DNA of 64,000 nt, taken from Capsulimonadaceae bacterium. GTDB lineage: Bacteria; Armatimonadota; Armatimonadia; Armatimonadales; Capsulimonadaceae. Of this stretch, positions 1 to 10,223 are shown piece by piece. Made by a program: the position numbers and the translations under genes. A model generated the notes under the pieces. The model did not search any database. It was not told the origin of the DNA and worked only from the letters and a program-made list of their open reading frames with translations. The DNA lies in NCBI GenBank assembly GCA_965215505.1, contig OZ244065.1, positions 672,001 through 736,000 on the forward strand, given 5' to 3'. The first letter of the stretch is position 1. Each line of letters begins with the position of its first letter.

Positions 1-2120
1 TTCGCCTTCGCCTCCTCATGCCGCCCCTGGTAGAGCAGGGCATTGGCCAGCATCTGCCGCGACTTCAGGGGGCCGATCCTGTCGTCCAGCGTGTCCCAGA
101 GCGAAAGAGCGGCCTCACTGTAAGTCTGCGTCGCCGGATAGTCGCCCTGCCAGTAGGCCAGGAAGCACGCGCCGTGAAGGGCGGCGGCGCGCAGGGCGGG
201 CGGGGCATCCTCGCCACGCGCCAGGGCTGCCCTGACGCGCCCGCACCCCTCACGCAAGTAGCCGCGCATGGCCCAGAACTGGACGAGCGCGGCGGCAAGG
301 CGCAGCTCGGTTTCTGCACCGTCCGTGTCAGCGTGGGCGGCGTCAAGGGCCGCGCGCAGGTTGTCGTTGTCGGCCTCCAGGCGCTCCAGCCAGTGCGCCT
401 GGGCGGGGCCGCGCAGGGCCGCCCGCGATGCTTCCGCTTGGGCCGTGAAGTGGTCGCCGTGCCGCGTCCGCAGCCGCGCCCGTTCTTCTTCCGGGAGGTG
501 TTCATCGGCGAACTCGCGCAAAGTTTCCAGCAGGCGGAAGCGCGGCTCCGCCCCGTCGTGTTCCACCGTCACTAGCGACCGCTCCCGGAGCTGAGTCAGG
601 AACTCCAGTGCCGCCGGTTCCGCGCAGACCGCCTGCGCCGCCTCCACTGTGCAGCCGCCCCGGAAGACCGACAGGCCCGCGAAGAAGCGCTGCAAGGCGG
701 CGGGGATCAAGTCATAACTCCACGCCACGGCGGCCCACAGGGACCGGTGGCGCCCATCCTTGTCCCCGCGCCGCCCGGTCAGCACTTCGAAACGATGCGC
801 CAGGCGCTCGTTCATCTGGGCGGGGGAAAGGACAGACGCCCTCGCCGCCACCAGCTCGATGGCGAGGGGGAGGCCTTCCAGGTTCCGGCACAAGGCGGCG
901 ACGGCGGCGGCGTTGCCGCGCGTGAGCTGGAAGTCCGGGCGGGCGGCCTGCGCGCGGTCCACGAAGAGCTGCGCGCCCGCCGACTCCGCGACCCGGTCGG
1001 GCGTCTCGGGCGCATCCGGCGGGGGCAATGGGGGGATGGAGAGGGGGCGGACCGGCTGCTCGCGCTCGCCGGGCAGGGCGAGCCGGCGGCGTGAGGTGAC
1101 CAGGCAGGCCAGGGCGGGCAGGCGGGTCAGCAGGGAAAGGACCAGGGGAGCGCCGCGCTCGACCAGATGTTCAAAGTTGTCCAGCACGAGCAGGGCTGGC
1201 GGCAGGGCGGACAGCGCGGCCACGACCTGGTCCAGCGGCTCGGCGGCATCGTCGCGGGGGAGGGCCAGCGCCTCGGCGACGGCGGCAGGGATCAGGCGGG
1301 CATCGGACAAGTCGGCGAGGGGGACGAAGCAGACCGGACCGGCAAAGCGGCTGCCGGGATGGGCGCTGATCTGCCGGGCCGTTTCCACAGCCAGCCGGGT
1401 CTTGCCCACCCCGCCCGGCCCGGAGAGCGTCACCAGCCGCGTGTCCGGCGCTTCCAACGCTTCAACGGCCCGCGCGCGGTCCTGCTCCCGCCCGAAAAAC
1501 CGTGTGAATTGGAGGGGCAGCCGGAGGAGGCGCGGGGCGGGCGTGACGCGCTCCAGGTCCACCGCAGCGTCGAACTCTGGAGGAAGGCCTGACGGCGTCC
1601 AGGCGGCCAGCTCTTTCTGCTGCGCGCGAATCTCATCATACACAGCGGCCAGACGCTCCCGCTCCTCCACCACCCAGTCGTCGTAGGAGCCTGGCAGCAG
1701 GTTCCCGCCGTAGAGTGCGGCAGCGCGGGCCAGCGCGTCGCGCCTTGCGGTCGGGGGGGCGGTACGGGCTGCCGCCGCCCAGGCCGCCTCGAAGTCGGCG
1801 ACATCACAGCGGAAGGCATCGGCGTTGAGGCCGACGAAACTGCGGTCGGCGACCAGGACGCTGCCGGGGGGCAGGGGTGGCGGCTCTAGCTGGCGGCGCA
1901 GGGAGGCGATGGCGACGCGCAGGTTCAGACGGCCCGAAGGCAGATCGGCCTCCGGCCAGAGCAGGTCACACAGCTCCTCACGCGAGTGGGCACGCCGGGG
2001 GTAAAGCGCCAGCCGTGCCAGCAGAACGGCGACGCGCGAAGTGGCGAACCGGGTGATCGTCGTCTCGCCCATCTGCGCGCGCAAAGCGCCCAACAGTTGA
2101 ATCCGCCAGGGTGCGTCCAT
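1..2120 (-). CDS. SARP/BTAD-like N-terminus + P-loop ATPase + TPR transcriptional regulator (AfsR-like); 3' end outside window
   Basis: Manual translation from ATG at 2120: MDAPWRIQLLGAL..HSREELCDLLWPE..LRVAIASLRRQLE; Walker A SGPGGVGKTRLA; LLVLDNFEHL; LEGLPLAIEL. Frame is open to the window edge, so it is absent from the ORF track. Confidence 0.9.
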   Translation of the reverse strand, partial: MDAPWRIQLLGALRAQMGETTITRFATSRVAVLLARLALYPRRAHSREELCDLLWPEADLPSGRLNLRVAIASLRRQLEPPPLPPGSVLVADRSFVGLNADAFRCDVADFEAAWAAAARTAPPTARRDALARAAALYGGNLLPGSYDDWVVEERERLAAVYDEIRAQQKELAAWTPSGLPPEFDAAVDLERVTPAPRLLRLPLQFTRFFGREQDRARAVEALEAPDTRLVTLSGPGGVGKTRLAVETARQISAHPGSRFAGPVCFVPLADLSDARLIPAAVAEALALPRDDAAEPLDQVVAALSALPPALLVLDNFEHLVERGAPLVLSLLTRLPALACLVTSRRRLALPGEREQPVRPLSIPPLPPPDAPETPDRVAESAGAQLFVDRAQAARPDFQLTRGNAAAVAALCRNLEGLPLAIELVAARASVLSPAQMNERLAHRFEVLTGRRGDKDGRHRSLWAAVAWSYDLIPAALQRFFAGLSVFRGGCTVEAAQAVCAEPAALEFLTQLRERSLVTVEHDGAEPRFRLLETLREFADEHLPEEERARLRTRHGDHFTAQAEASRAALRGPAQAHWLERLEADNDNLRAALDAAHADTDGAETELRLAAALVQFWAMRGYLREGCGRVRAALARGEDAPPALRAAALHGACFLAYWQGDYPATQTYSEAALSLWDTLDDRIGPLKSRQMLANALLYQGRHEEAKA

Positions 2121-2258
2121 GGTGCCGACTCCCTCCGCTTCCTCTTTCTCTTAGAAGCAGAAAGCGTGCCAATGTGTCGTTCCAGCAGGGGAAGACAGTG
2201 ATAACAGCTATTCTACCAGATTATAGAGGAAGACGGAAGGGAAAGCGACCCGGACGAC

Positions 2259-3875
2259 TCACAGGCCGCCATAGACGACGTTCCCGCCGGCGACCGTGGC
2301 CCGCACGGACAGTCCCTGCGGCCACTCATCCGGCGGCAGAGAGAGCGGGTCCCCGTTCAGGACCACGAAGTCGGCGCGCTGGCCCGGCGCGATCCGGCCC
2401 CGGTCGGCCTCCTGGAAGACGCTGTAGGCCGCCCCCTCCGTATACGCGGTGAGGGCGTCGCGGACGGAGACGCGGTGGCCCGCGCCCAGGGTCCGGCCGG
2501 AGGGCGACCGGCGCAGGGCGGCGGCGGCGATCCCGTCAAGGGGTCGGCCGGGGACGACGGGGAGGTCCGAGCTGAAGACGAGCGGCAGGCCTGCCGCCTG
2601 CGTCTCGGTGTAGGGCATCAGCCGCTCGGCGCGCGAGCCGCCCAGGGCGTCGGCGTAGGCGTCGCCGAAGCGCATCAGGAACTCGGGCTGGTAGACGGGC
2701 AGGACGCCGAGCCGGGCCATGCGGCCCACCTGGTCCGGCCAGAGCAGCATGGCGTGTTCGATCCGGTGCCGGGCGTCTTGACGTGGCAGCCGCATCTGCG
2801 CCTTGCCGTAGGCGTTCAGGCAGAGATCAATGGCCGCGTCGCCGATGGCGTGGGCGGCGATCTGCCAGCCGGCCTCGTGGACGCGGGCGATCATGTGATC
2901 CAGCGCGTCTCCAGCCCAGACCGCCGTCCCCATCTCCTCGCTCTGCGTGAACGGCGAGCGCAGGAAGGCCGTCCGCGTGGTCAAGGCACCGTCGGTGAAT
3001 ATCTTGGCGGGGCCGATGCGGACCCAGTCCGTCTCGGTCGTCAGGTCGCCCGCCGCGGGGACGGTGTCCAGGCTCGCCAGATAGGCTAATGTCATCATCA
3101 GCGTGCAGCGGACCGAGAGCGCGCCGGAAACGGCGGCCTCGTGGTAGGCGGGGATCTCGGCGGCGCTGTCCCAGGCGGAGACGCCCGGCGTGGCGTCCAC
3201 GGCGCTCGTGATGCCCATGGCGTTCAGCGCGCGCCCCGCATTCCCCAGCGCGCGGACCTTTTCCGAGTGCGTCGGGTCGGGCGCGACGTGGTAGGCCAGG
3301 TCCACGGCGGTTTCCAGCAGTGTCCCGGTCGGCTCACCGGTTTCGTCCCGCACGATCGTGCCGCCGGGCGGGTCCGGCGTCTCGCGCGTGATGCCGGCGA
3401 GCTGCAAAACACGGCTGCTGACCGAGACGGCGTGGCCGCTGGCGTGAGTGATGAGGACGAACGGCCTGCCGCCCGCGACGGCATCCAGGTCCTGGCGGGT
3501 CGGGTGGCGGCGCTCGGCGAGGACGTTCTGGCTGTAGCCGCGCCCGCGTACCCACGTCTCCGGTCCGGCGTTCATCGCGTCCGCCCGCGCTTGCAGCAGG
3601 CCGATGAGGTCCGGGATGGTCCGTACATCGCTCAATGCGACCGCCGCGAGTGACAGGCCGAAGCCGAGGATGTGGCAGTGGGCATCGTGAAAGCCCGGCA
3701 GCAGCGTCGCCCCGTTCAGCGAAACGACGCGAGTTTCCGGCCCGGCCAGCGGCGGGACATCCTCGGCCCGGCCCACGGCAAGGATACGCCCCTGCGTCAC
3801 GGCGACACACGAGGCAGGCGAGTCCGTTAAAGGCAGGGCGGCATGGGTATAGATGAGGTCAGGTGGGGATGACAT
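2259..3875 (-). CDS. YtcJ-like metal-dependent amidohydrolase (Amidohydro_3)
   Basis: PGFHDAHCH, KIFTDG, AHAIGD, HRIEHA, SSDLP motifs. Start trimmed to MSSPPDL (ATG 3875) because the longer ORF overlaps the divergent gene. Confidence 0.9.
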   Translation of the reverse strand: MSSPPDLIYTHAALPLTDSPASCVAVTQGRILAVGRAEDVPPLAGPETRVVSLNGATLLPGFHDAHCHILGFGLSLAAVALSDVRTIPDLIGLLQARADAMNAGPETWVRGRGYSQNVLAERRHPTRQDLDAVAGGRPFVLITHASGHAVSVSSRVLQLAGITRETPDPPGGTIVRDETGEPTGTLLETAVDLAYHVAPDPTHSEKVRALGNAGRALNAMGITSAVDATPGVSAWDSAAEIPAYHEAAVSGALSVRCTLMMTLAYLASLDTVPAAGDLTTETDWVRIGPAKIFTDGALTTRTAFLRSPFTQSEEMGTAVWAGDALDHMIARVHEAGWQIAAHAIGDAAIDLCLNAYGKAQMRLPRQDARHRIEHAMLLWPDQVGRMARLGVLPVYQPEFLMRFGDAYADALGGSRAERLMPYTETQAAGLPLVFSSDLPVVPGRPLDGIAAAALRRSPSGRTLGAGHRVSVRDALTAYTEGAAYSVFQEADRGRIAPGQRADFVVLNGDPLSLPPDEWPQGLSVRATVAGGNVVYGGL

Positions 3876-3984
3876 ATGCTGTCTCCAACAGGCGCGGCCC
3901 GAAATGGGTTCCTGCCGAGGAAGCAGGAGAAACGACCACGCCTCCCGAACCACACCGAAACCCGACCAACACAGGAGAACACCC

Positions 3985-4356
3985 ATGCCGACACGCGAGA
4001 TCGCCCGCTCCGAGTGGAAGACGTATTTTGACGAGTTCAGCCGTGCCCGCGCCGGGGAGCGCGTGACGGTGGAGCTGATCCATGACCCGCAGAGTGATCC
4101 GCAGTTCACGCTCCGGCGGCAGCCGCTCGTCGGCATCTCGTTTGAAGAGAAAGGCAGCGGCGAAGGCCAGATCGAGATCATCGCCGGGGGCGAAACCGAC
4201 GATTCGGCCACCCACGCCGTCACGCACCCGGTCCACGTCTACCACAAGAACGCGCGGGGCCTGATCAGCGACGAGGTAAACGTGGACGAGGTCCTGGAGA
4301 TCACTTCCACCGACGACCCGCGCATCACCTTCCTGCGTTTCGAGGCGGCGGAGTAG
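3985..4356 (+). CDS. DUF5335-like protein
   Basis: MPTREIARSEWKTYFDEFSR..PLVGISFEEKGS pattern; SD AGGAG upstream of ATG 3985. Confidence 0.7.
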   Translation: MPTREIARSEWKTYFDEFSRARAGERVTVELIHDPQSDPQFTLRRQPLVGISFEEKGSGEGQIEIIAGGETDDSATHAVTHPVHVYHKNARGLISDEVNVDEVLEITSTDDPRITFLRFEAAE

Positions 4357-4388
4357 CCGCCTCTGCCCTGGCACCTGGAGGAGCCGCC

Positions 4389-4781
4389 ATGTCACAGCCG
4401 CCGCCCTGGCCGCCGCAGCCCGGCGGGCAGGGGCCACAGTACCCGCCGCCGTATGGACAGTACCCGCCGCAGCGCCTGCTTCAGCCCGTCAACGGTGGGC
4501 TGATCCTGACTCTGGGCATCCTGGGGCTGCTTCTCTGCAACCTGCTCGGTCCGGTCGCGGCCGTCATGGGTGGCAATGCGGTCGCGGCGATTGCCCGTGG
4601 GGAGGCCGATCCAAACGAGCGCGGGTCAGCGAATGCTGGCCGGATTCTGGGGATCATCAGCACGGTCTGCCTGGTCTTGTGGGCGTTAGGCCTGGCCATC
4701 GCCGTTGCCAGCCCGGACTTCCGCCAGGGCTTCGCGCGGGGATTCACCCAGAGCTACCACCGCACGGCCCCGAACCCGTGA
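4389..4781 (+). CDS. DUF4190-like membrane protein with Pro/Gln-rich N-terminus
   Basis: PPPYGQYPPQ leader; ILTLGILGLLLC and AGRILGII transmembrane segments; SD GGAGG. Confidence 0.75.
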   Translation: MSQPPPWPPQPGGQGPQYPPPYGQYPPQRLLQPVNGGLILTLGILGLLLCNLLGPVAAVMGGNAVAAIARGEADPNERGSANAGRILGIISTVCLVLWALGLAIAVASPDFRQGFARGFTQSYHRTAPNP

Positions 4782-5638
4782 AGCCTCTCATCCAGTGTGT
4801 CCCCAACTTCAGCGAGGGCCGCCGGCCCGACGTCATCGCGGCCATTGTGGAGGCGGTGCGCGGGACGGCGGGTGTTCGGCTGGCGGACTGGAGCGCGGAC
4901 CCGGACCATAACCGGCTGGTAGTCACGTTCGTCGGCCCGCCCCCCGCCGTCCGCGAGGCCGCCCTGTCCGCCGCCGCCGTGGCCATCACGCGGATTGATC
5001 TGGGCAACCACGAAGGCGTTCACCCGCGCCTAGGCGCGCTGGACGTGCTGCCGTTCGTGCCGCTTTCGGGCTTGGCTCTAGCCGACTGCGCCGCCCTGGG
5101 CCGCGAGGTCGGGCAGGAGTTGGTGGCCCGGCACGGCCTGCCCGTGTTCCTCTACGAAGCCGCCGCACCCGAACCACGCTCCTTGCCACTTGTCCGCAAA
5201 GAAGCGTTCCAAACGCTGACGCCCGACTTCGGCCCGGCTATCCCCCACCCCACGGCTGGGGCCGCCGTCGTGGGGGCGCGTGGCCCGCTGATCGCCTACA
5301 ACGTCGTCCTCGCCGCGCCCGACCTGTCCATCGCCCGCGCCATCGCCCGCGAGCTGCGCGCCCTGCCAAATCTGCCCGGCGTGCGCGCGCTGGGCCTGCG
5401 CCTTCCCTCGCGCGGATTAACGCAGGTTTCGATGAACCTGACCCGCCCCGCCGACACGCCCCTGCTGTCCGTCTTCCGCCATGTCGAGGCGCGCGCCCTC
5501 GCCCTGGGCACGTCGGTCGTCGAGAGCGAGATCATCGGCGCGCTCCCCGGCCCCAGCGCCTTCGGCGTCCTGGCCGACGCGCTGCAAGCACCGGGCCTGA
5601 AGGCGGGGCAGGTATTATGGGAGGACTGGCCGGAGTAG
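4778..5638 (+). CDS. ftcD: glutamate formimidoyltransferase (FTCD N-terminal type)
   Basis: CVPNFSEGRR, DPDHNRLVVT, HEGVHPRLGALDVLPFVP, GARGPLIAYNV, QVSMNL; GTG start overlaps the upstream TGA. Confidence 0.9.
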   Translation: MKPLIQCVPNFSEGRRPDVIAAIVEAVRGTAGVRLADWSADPDHNRLVVTFVGPPPAVREAALSAAAVAITRIDLGNHEGVHPRLGALDVLPFVPLSGLALADCAALGREVGQELVARHGLPVFLYEAAAPEPRSLPLVRKEAFQTLTPDFGPAIPHPTAGAAVVGARGPLIAYNVVLAAPDLSIARAIARELRALPNLPGVRALGLRLPSRGLTQVSMNLTRPADTPLLSVFRHVEARALALGTSVVESEIIGALPGPSAFGVLADALQAPGLKAGQVLWEDWPE

Positions 5639-5691
5639 ACCGCTTTTGGCATGACGCGCATCCTTTCAGCGCGGACTGCGTTTAGGACGAT

Positions 5692-5958
5692 ATGAACACA
5701 CCTGACACACAATTCGGCTGGATGTTCGTCGCCATCGCGGCTCTCTTCACGCTGGGACTCATTCCCCGCTTCGCGCGCCGCTTTTATCCCGGCTCGCCCA
5801 GCCTCCTCAGACGTCTGGCTGCGCCCGTGATCTTCCTGCTGCTGGCGGCGGCCTGCTTTGCGGGGATGGCTTTGCCCTCGTTGAGCCTGGTCGTGCTTCT
5901 GGGTACGGCAATGATCGCCGTCACCCGAAGGAAAGGCCGCAGGCCACCCCGCGTTTAG
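5692..5958 (+). CDS. small hypothetical membrane protein
   Basis: 88 aa with three hydrophobic segments; AGGA upstream. Confidence 0.55.
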   Translation: MNTPDTQFGWMFVAIAALFTLGLIPRFARRFYPGSPSLLRRLAAPVIFLLLAAACFAGMALPSLSLVVLLGTAMIAVTRRKGRRPPRV

Positions 5959-6105
5959 CAAGGCGCGGCGCTCCCAACGCCGACAACCGCGTTAAACCGA
6001 AAAAACTTGTATAAAGGCGTGACCGAGGCGATTATCCGCGCAAATGTGCCGTATAATGGTTAATCGGCATTATTTGTCACAACGATTGAAGGGTAACACG
6101 GCTCC

Positions 6106-8907
6106 ATGTCTTCTTCCACTCCTCCCCCGGAAAACGTCACGCGGCGCGATTTCGTCCGCCGCGCCGCACTCGCCGCTGGCGGCCTCGCTTTGGGCGCATC
6201 ACCCGCCGAAGCGCAGACCCGGCGGCGCGGCCTGCGGCCCGCTGGTGCTGCGACCGGAGCGCCGGGTGCCCCGGCGGGGACGCCCGGCGCGACGCCCGGC
6301 AATGACTGGGCGGACAAAAACATCGACGACGTGGTGAAAGGATTCGAAAAGCTCCCCGGCGTCCTGACCCTGTACCGCAAGAAGAACGACCTGTACGCCG
6401 AGGTCCGGCCCGATCAGATCGGCCAGATCCTCCTGCTCCAGACCACGCGGGCGACGGGCACGGCGGGCTTCGGCGGGACGGTCGGCGACCCGCTCGACGA
6501 CACCGTGTTCGTGCTTCACAAGGAGAACGACCACATCTCACTCTCCGTCCCTAACCTGCGCTTCCGCGCCCAGAGCGGCACCCCCGAGGCGGTTTCGGTG
6601 AGCCGTTCGTTCGCCGGGGCCTACCTCGCCTCGTACAAGATCGAGGCCGTGCGCCCGGACCCGGTGCAGGCCAAGGCCATCGCCGACATGAAGGACAAGG
6701 ACCTGAAGGCGGCGGCTCTGGAGAAGGCGGCGACGGGCTACCTGATCCACATCCCGAGCCTGTTCCTGACCGACGTTTCCGGCTTCACGCAGGGCCTGCC
6801 CGGCTTCACCGTGGATGCCGACAAGACGTACCTGAAGAGCGTCCAGAACTTCCCGGACAACCTGGTCGTCACGACGCAGTTCCACTTCGCGGGCCGGACA
6901 TCCGTGCCGGGCGTGGACACCCTGACCGACGACCGCTCCATCCCGCAGCAGATCGTCTACAACCTGTTCGCCCTGAAGGAAACCGGCTACAAGCCGCGCT
7001 TCTACGATGACCGCATCGGGTTCTTCACCGAGGACTATCAGACCTTCGACGAGGACACCTCCGACGACAACGCCCGGCGCATGATCCAGCGCTGGCACCT
7101 CGCCAAGAAGGACCCGCACGCCGCCCTGTCCGAGCCGGTGACGCCGATCACCTTCTGGGTGGACAACGCCACGCCGCTGCGCTACCGGTCGGCCATCCAG
7201 CAAGGCGTCCTGAGCTGGAACGGGGTGTTCGAGAAGGTCGGGTACAAGAACGCCGTTCGGTGCGAGGTCATGCCCGCCGACGCCGCCTGGGACCCCGCCG
7301 ACATGCGCCACAACGTGGTCCGCTGGATGTCCTCCCCCGGCGCGGGCTACGCCGTCGCTCAGTTCCGGCACAGCCCACTGACCGGCGAGATCTTGAACGC
7401 TTCGATCTCGGTGGATGCGAGCTGGGCGCGCATCACCAACCTGGTCTACCCGACCACCGTCCTCAACGGCCAGCCCGCCGACGGCATGACGCCCCAGCAG
7501 TACGCCGACAACCTGGTGAACGCGAAGCCGACCGACCTCTCTCACAACCGCTGCTCCTGCCAGCTCGGGATGGAAATGCAGCGGACGGCCGCCTTCGGCT
7601 GGGACGCGCTGGAGATACTGCCGGACATGGACGCCGGACTGACGCCGGGCGAGAAGAAGCCGAGCATGGAGGAGTTCACGCACCTCCAGCTCGTTCAGGT
7701 CGTCATGCACGAGTTCGGCCACTGCCTGGGCCTGCGCCACAACTTCAAAGGCTCGACCATGCTGTCCCCGGCCCAGCTCCAGGACAAAGCCATGACCGAG
7801 AAGTACGGCATCATGGGGTCCGTCATGGACTACGGCGGCCCGAACCTTGCCCCGCTGGGCGGCAAGCAGGCCGACTACTTCATGGCCAAGCCTGGGCCCT
7901 ACGACGAGTGGGCCATCGAGTACGGCTACCGCGACTTCGGCGACTCGGCCCTGGCTGAAGCGGCCGGCCTCAAGGCCATCGCGGCCCGCTCGCGCGAGTT
8001 CGGCCACGACTACGCCAGCGATGAGAACGCCGACACGATTGACCCGACCATCACGCGCTACGACCTCAGCTCCGACCCGCTGACCTACCGGGTCGCGATG
8101 GTCGAGAAGGCGCACCGGATGCTTGGAATCCTGGAGTTCCGCCAGCCCCTCCCCGGTGAGCCGTACTACACCCTGACGCGCAAATTCACGCGCATCCTGG
8201 GCCAGTACAACTCGAACTCCGTCGCGGTCGCCCGGTTCATCGGCGGCATTGTCACCGAGCGGAACCACTACGGCGACGCCAATGCGGTCGCGCCGGTCCA
8301 GCCGGTCCCCTTCGCCGACCAGCGGCGCGCGCTCCAGGTGCTGTGCAGCATCGTCTTCTCGGACAACGCCTTGCGCTTCTCGCCGGACCTGCTGGCGCGG
8401 TTGCAGCAGAACCCTGTCCCCTACGGCCCGCTGACGGCCGGCGCGGGGGCGCAGGACCTCTCCATCCTGGACACCATCGCGAACGTCCAGGCGGCGGGGT
8501 TGTATGCCGTCCTCAACGCGGGCACCCTGGGCCGGATCGAAACCAACGAGTTCCGCGCGCAGGCCGGGTCCCAGCCCGTCACCGTTCTGGAAGCGATCAA
8601 TACGGTCACCTCGACGGTCTGGTCCGACCTGGACGGCCCGGTGCGCGGCCCGGCGGGGGCGGTCCACCCGCTGCGCCGCCGGTTGCAGCGCACGCATGTG
8701 GACGCCCTAATCGCGCTGGCCCGGCCCGCCGAGGCGGGCGGCCAGGTGACCGGGGACGCCGGGGCCTTCTCGCAGGCCACCCTGCGCGGCCTTGCGGCCA
8801 AGATCAGCGTGGCCGAGAAGAAGCCGCACGACCCGGTGACGGCCGCCCACCTGACCGAGACGCGGGTCCGCATCGCGCGCTTCCTGCACGCCCAGGCCAT
8901 TGCCTAA
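6106..8907 (+). CDS. Tat-exported zinc-dependent metalloprotease (DUF5117/DUF4953-type metzincin)
   Basis: Twin-arginine TRRDFVRR signal; HEFGHCLGLRHN zinc motif; SVMDY Met-turn; GPYDEWAIEYGY. Confidence 0.9.
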   Translation: MSSSTPPPENVTRRDFVRRAALAAGGLALGASPAEAQTRRRGLRPAGAATGAPGAPAGTPGATPGNDWADKNIDDVVKGFEKLPGVLTLYRKKNDLYAEVRPDQIGQILLLQTTRATGTAGFGGTVGDPLDDTVFVLHKENDHISLSVPNLRFRAQSGTPEAVSVSRSFAGAYLASYKIEAVRPDPVQAKAIADMKDKDLKAAALEKAATGYLIHIPSLFLTDVSGFTQGLPGFTVDADKTYLKSVQNFPDNLVVTTQFHFAGRTSVPGVDTLTDDRSIPQQIVYNLFALKETGYKPRFYDDRIGFFTEDYQTFDEDTSDDNARRMIQRWHLAKKDPHAALSEPVTPITFWVDNATPLRYRSAIQQGVLSWNGVFEKVGYKNAVRCEVMPADAAWDPADMRHNVVRWMSSPGAGYAVAQFRHSPLTGEILNASISVDASWARITNLVYPTTVLNGQPADGMTPQQYADNLVNAKPTDLSHNRCSCQLGMEMQRTAAFGWDALEILPDMDAGLTPGEKKPSMEEFTHLQLVQVVMHEFGHCLGLRHNFKGSTMLSPAQLQDKAMTEKYGIMGSVMDYGGPNLAPLGGKQADYFMAKPGPYDEWAIEYGYRDFGDSALAEAAGLKAIAARSREFGHDYASDENADTIDPTITRYDLSSDPLTYRVAMVEKAHRMLGILEFRQPLPGEPYYTLTRKFTRILGQYNSNSVAVARFIGGIVTERNHYGDANAVAPVQPVPFADQRRALQVLCSIVFSDNALRFSPDLLARLQQNPVPYGPLTAGAGAQDLSILDTIANVQAAGLYAVLNAGTLGRIETNEFRAQAGSQPVTVLEAINTVTSTVWSDLDGPVRGPAGAVHPLRRRLQRTHVDALIALARPAEAGGQVTGDAGAFSQATLRGLAAKISVAEKKPHDPVTAAHLTETRVRIARFLHAQAIA

Positions 8908-8923
8908 GCACGGCAGAACACAG

Positions 8924-8964
8924 AGGGCCGGCGGCATCCATGATGCCGCCGGCCCTTTGTTTGT
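8924..8964 (+). terminator. rho-independent terminator
   Basis: 15-bp perfect stem AGGGCCGGCGGCATC / GATGCCGCCGGCCCT followed by TTGTTTGT, just after the protease stop. Confidence 0.8.
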
Positions 8965-8978
8965 CACTCGGGGGGGGG

Positions 8979-9106
8979 CCCGCCGTGAACGGCAGGTCTG
9001 GGGGGCGAAGACGCCGACCGCCCTGCGGGCGGGGTGACGTATCATCCGATCTTCCGGTCGCAGACCGGTTGGCCGCAGGCCCCTCAGACCTGCCGTTCAC
9101 GGCGGG
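8979..9106. repeat. REPIN/MITE-like composite inverted repeat (family B)
   Basis: 28-bp arms 8979-9006 and 9079-9106 with 1 mismatch; each arm is itself a hairpin (GCCGT-GA-ACGGC). Confidence 0.8.
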
Positions 9107-9894
9107 GTCTGCGTAACAGCGGATGCTAGGAGGCTATACGGCTGCGTGTAGGTCAGCTTCACGAACCCGCGTTTCGCTAGGATCGGTTCCGAGGTCGGCA
9201 GCGCATCCACGCAGATGTTAACGACGTTGCGGCCCATGGCCTCGCGGATGCGGGCGGCGACCACTTGGGTGAACAGGCCGCGCTTCCTGAACCGCTCCCG
9301 TGTGTTGCCCCCGCACAGCCCGGCGAACTTGCTGTCCTCATGGAAGTAGATGCGCCCGCAGCCGGCAGGCTCCCCGTCAACATAGGCGACGTAGATGCTC
9401 ATGGTGTCCGGGTGGTTTTCCAGCAGGAATGCGTACTGCTGGATTTCTTTGTCACAATTCCTGCCCCGAACCTCTTCCCGTACCACCCGATAGTCACGCA
9501 GGCTTTCCAGGTCGGTCACACGCCTGATGTCGGCGTCGCCCGTGCCGAAACGGGCCAGCCCCTCTTCGCTTGCCGGAAAGACCATGAACGCTTCCCGGTC
9601 GTCCACCTCAAACCCCGCCGCCGTCAGCCGCTCTCCGAGGCAGGCGGGGCGGTCGTGCCCGTAGACCTTCCACTCCAACTCGTGGCCTTCATCGCGGGCG
9701 GTTTGTATCTGATGCTCAATCACTCGGTCAACCTCAGCCTCGGAGCAGGAGGAGTAGGTGATCTCAGCGCTTTTCCCATCTGCCGAGACATCCCTCCACA
9801 CCTTTCCGTCTGAGAGGCGCGTCACGCCTGGATAGATAACCGTCCGCCGCTCCAAGTCCAGCAAGTTCAATAGGAATGTTTTCTCCGTGCTCAT
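9097..9894 (-). CDS. GNAT family N-acetyltransferase
   Basis: AGLCGGNTRERFRKRGLF acetyl-CoA motif, ELEWKVYGHD, SEPILAKRGF; ATG at 9894 (alternative TTG at 9915). Confidence 0.85.
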   Translation of the reverse strand: MSTEKTFLLNLLDLERRTVIYPGVTRLSDGKVWRDVSADGKSAEITYSSCSEAEVDRVIEHQIQTARDEGHELEWKVYGHDRPACLGERLTAAGFEVDDREAFMVFPASEEGLARFGTGDADIRRVTDLESLRDYRVVREEVRGRNCDKEIQQYAFLLENHPDTMSIYVAYVDGEPAGCGRIYFHEDSKFAGLCGGNTRERFRKRGLFTQVVAARIREAMGRNVVNICVDALPTSEPILAKRGFVKLTYTQPYSLLASAVTQTPP

Positions 9895-10223
9895 AGTTTC
9901 AGTGGGCTGCTCCAATGGTGTGCGAGGTGCGTCGGAAGCGCCGGTCTACTTGGATGGGCTTTCACCTCTCGTATCGTCTGGACGGGAGCGGGCGCTAAAG
10001 GGCTTCCGAGTAGATCGGCCTCCAGGCCATGCAAGGCTCACACATGGATTCTCACCACTCGGCCCCGTCGTCAGCTCCCTCCTGCGTCCCCTGGACTGCA
10101 CTGGCAGACCTGGAAGGCGCTGGGCATTTCCGAGCCTCGGGTTTCAACCCGTGGCAAGGAAGGTACACACAATTTGCATCCAGTCAAAGGATAATCGCTC
10201 AGGGAAGAACAATCTTCCCCTGT

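Noticed and set aside
18-1819. Multiple short ORFs listed in the track
   Set aside because: Explained by one long minus-strand regulator gene that runs off the window.
6538-8697. 719-aa antisense ORF (also 10071-11795, 28573-30279, 38722-40305, 45646-47373, 51465-53099, 55225-56766)
   Set aside because: Shadow ORFs opposite well-supported genes, expected at high GC; no motifs.
8970-8978. G9 tract as a phase-variation switch
   Set aside because: Intergenic between convergent genes and after a terminator, so no frame or promoter is affected.
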